Positions 62,522-64,000 of a stretch of DNA of 64,000 nucleotides are shown here, piece after piece. The notes under the pieces were generated by a model. It was not told the DNA's origin. It searched no databases and worked only from the letters and a program-made list of their open reading frames with translations. The position numbers and the translations under genes were made by a program. Source of the DNA: an uncultured Bacilli bacterium (lineage in GTDB: Bacteria > Bacillota_I > Bacilli_A > RF39 > UBA660); NCBI GenBank assembly GCA_944358305.1, contig CALVQK010000009.1, positions 393-64,392 of the forward strand, in the 5' to 3' direction. Within the stretch, counting starts at the first letter, position 1. Every line of letters starts with the position of its first letter.

Positions 62522-64000
62522 CTATTCTTTTATTAAGCTTAAGTTAACCTTTTTATGATCTAAATCAATCTTCTCTACATAACAATCAACTATATCTCCA
62601 ACACTAAACAAATCACTAGGATTTTTAATATATCCCTTAGTTAATTTTGAAATATGAGCAAGGCCATCATTCTTTAACCCTATATCGATAAATAGACCAA
62701 AATCGACTACATTACGTACTGTTCCTTGTAGTTTATCACCAATTTTCAAATCTTCTATATGTAATATATCATTTCTCAAAATAGGTTGTGGATAATTATC
62801 TCTTAAATCCCGCATAGGTTTTTCTAAAGATTCTATAATATCTTTTAAAGTATATATATCTATATCTAATTCTTTACTAAGACTTTCTATATCTAAACTA
62901 TTTAATTTCTCACTAAGTTCCTTTTTGCCTAAATCTTCTTCACTAAAGCCTAAGTAATCTAACAAAGCATCAGTCTTAACATAACTTTCCGGATGAATTG
63001 AAGTTTTGTCTAATGGATTATCCCCATCAAGTATTCTTAAGAAACCAACTGCCTGTTCATACACTTTATCTGATATTCCTTTAATTTTATGAAGTTCTTC
63101 CCTATTTTTAAACTTACCATACTTTTCTCTAAAATCAATAATATTATCTATTACTTTTTTATTTAAACCTGATACATATTTTAGTAGTGAAGGGCTAGCT
63201 GTATTAATATTAACTCCAACTCCATTAACTGCTTTACTAACAACAAAGTTAAGTGATTCATCTAGTTTTTTAACTGGTACATCATGTTGATAAAGCCCAA
63301 CCCCTATACTTTTAGGATCTATTTTAACAAGTTCAGATAAAGCATCTTGTACTCTTCTTCCAATACTAACAGCACTTCTTTTTTCAACAGTTAATGAAGG
63401 AAACTCTTCTATGGCAAGCTTACTAGCAGAATATACTGAAGCCCCTGCTTCACTTACTATTATATAGGAAACATCCCTATCAGAAGATCTAATAGCTTCG
63501 GCCACAAAAGCTTCACTTTCCCTTGAAGCCGTACCATTTCCTATGGCAATTACATCAATATTATATTTATCAATAAGTTCAAGTAATTTCTTCTTTGAAC
63601 CTTCTATATCATTATGTGGTTCTGTTGGATAAATTACAGCAATATCTAACACTTTACCAGTTTTATCTAACACTGCAAGTTTACAACCAGTCCTAAAAGC
63701 TGGATCAAAGCCTAATACAGTTTTATCTTTTAAAGGTGGTGTTAAAAGAAGATTCTCTACATTAACAGAAAAATTATCTATCGCTCTTTCCTCACCCTTT
63801 TCTTTTAACTCACTTCTAACCTCTCTATCTACACTAGGAAATATTAAACGTTTAAGACTATCATTAATTGCATCCATAATAACAGAATAACAGAAAGACT
63901 CTTTATTTTTAATTACTTTAGACTCCAAATATGTAACTACTTTTTCTACATCATAATCTAGCTTAACAGAAAGTATTCCTTCTTTTTCTCCTCTATTAAT
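62522..64000 (-). CDS. tex: Tex-like transcription accessory protein (C-terminal about 490 aa; 5' end beyond window)
   Basis: YqgF/RNase-H-like segment (VLGFDPAFRTGCKLAVLD), an HhH region and a C-terminal S1 domain (…GDKLQGTVRNVVDFGLFIDIG…). The frame stays open to position 64000; the track's start at 63928 is an internal TTG. Confidence 0.75.
   Translation of the reverse strand: MNRGEKEGILSVKLDYDVEKVVTYLESKVIKNKESFCYSVIMDAINDSLKRLIFPSVDREVRSELKEKGEERAIDNFSVNVENLLLTPPLKDKTVLGFDPAFRTGCKLAVLDKTGKVLDIAVIYPTEPHNDIEGSKKKLLELIDKYNIDVIAIGNGTASRESEAFVAEAIRSSDRDVSYIIVSEAGASVYSASKLAIEEFPSLTVEKRSAVSIGRRVQDALSELVKIDPKSIGVGLYQHDVPVKKLDESLNFVVSKAVNGVGVNINTASPSLLKYVSGLNKKVIDNIIDFREKYGKFKNREELHKIKGISDKVYEQAVGFLRILDGDNPLDKTSIHPESYVKTDALLDYLGFSEEDLGKKELSEKLNSLDIESLSKELDIDIYTLKDIIESLEKPMRDLRDNYPQPILRNDILHIEDLKIGDKLQGTVRNVVDFGLFIDIGLKNDGLAHISKLTKGYIKNPSDLFSVGDIVDCYVEKIDLDHKKVNLSLIKE

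Noticed and set aside
63926-63928. TTG start for the Tex-like ORF at 63928
   Set aside because: The reading frame remains open upstream to the window edge (…INRGEKEGILSVKLDYDVEKVVTY-ESKVIKNK…). At 468 aa the protein would lack the Tex N-terminal domains, so the gene is truncated by the window rather than starting here.

Overview
This is an AT-rich window (well under 30% GC by eye) with high coding density, from a low-GC Gram-positive spore-former; yqfC and yqfD are present. A six-frame ORF track with protein translations was available, and no RNA-structure or homology searches were run.

(1) 1-10.3 kb is a conserved housekeeping block on the minus strand: rpmI (partial), infC, a C26 amidotransferase, glyQS, a LOG-family protein, a PAP2-DgkA fusion, recO, era, dgkA, ybeY, a VanZ-like protein, yqfD, yqfC and rpsU.

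(2) 10.5-13.9 kb is a class II double-glycine bacteriocin locus: two overlapping GG-leader peptide genes, a small membrane protein, a C39-peptidase ABC exporter, and a divergently transcribed XRE regulator with two HTH domains.

(3) 13.9-31.8 kb is an accessory island downstream of tRNA-Gly(UCC). Two tandem modules each have a small paralogous ORF, a large serine recombinase and a relaxase, and resemble Tn4451-family mobilisable elements. Their cargo is a type IIS-like R-M pair (a fused double-DPPY methyltransferase with an AlwI-like endonuclease), an RloC/PrrC-like ATPase with a CxxC hook, a pair made of an HD hydrolase and an unknown protein, and a pair made of a small protein and an SDH/ClpP-like protease. 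The second module is bounded by 20-21 nt direct repeats resembling the tRNA 3' end. An inverted 21-nt internal fragment of the tRNA-Gly lies 40 nt beyond it.

(4) 32-43.5 kb holds a LemA/DUF2207 pair, a GltD-like oxidoreductase, a PIN-like protein, a bPH protein, a thioredoxin-like protein, a P-loop protein and a three-gene acyl-CoA dehydratase activase-type operon.

(5) 43.5-49.1 kb and 56.0-57.9 kb hold four paralogous secreted proteins with TasA/camelysin-like N-terminal domains. Three of them carry two copies each of a sharply bounded cassette of about 80 nt. The cassette is GC-rich, A-depleted and hypervariable, and its variable codons are overwhelmingly NNC. That looks like the signature of a diversity-generating retroelement (DGR) variable region, but no RT or template repeat was found in the window.

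The remaining genes are an ABC-F ATPase, two paralogous EEP-like proteins with a Q-G in place of the catalytic Q-E, a Ca2+ P-type ATPase, a glucosaminidase, a 1159-aa adhesin with Cna-B-like repeats and a VPNTG sorting signal, and tex, which is truncated by the window edge.
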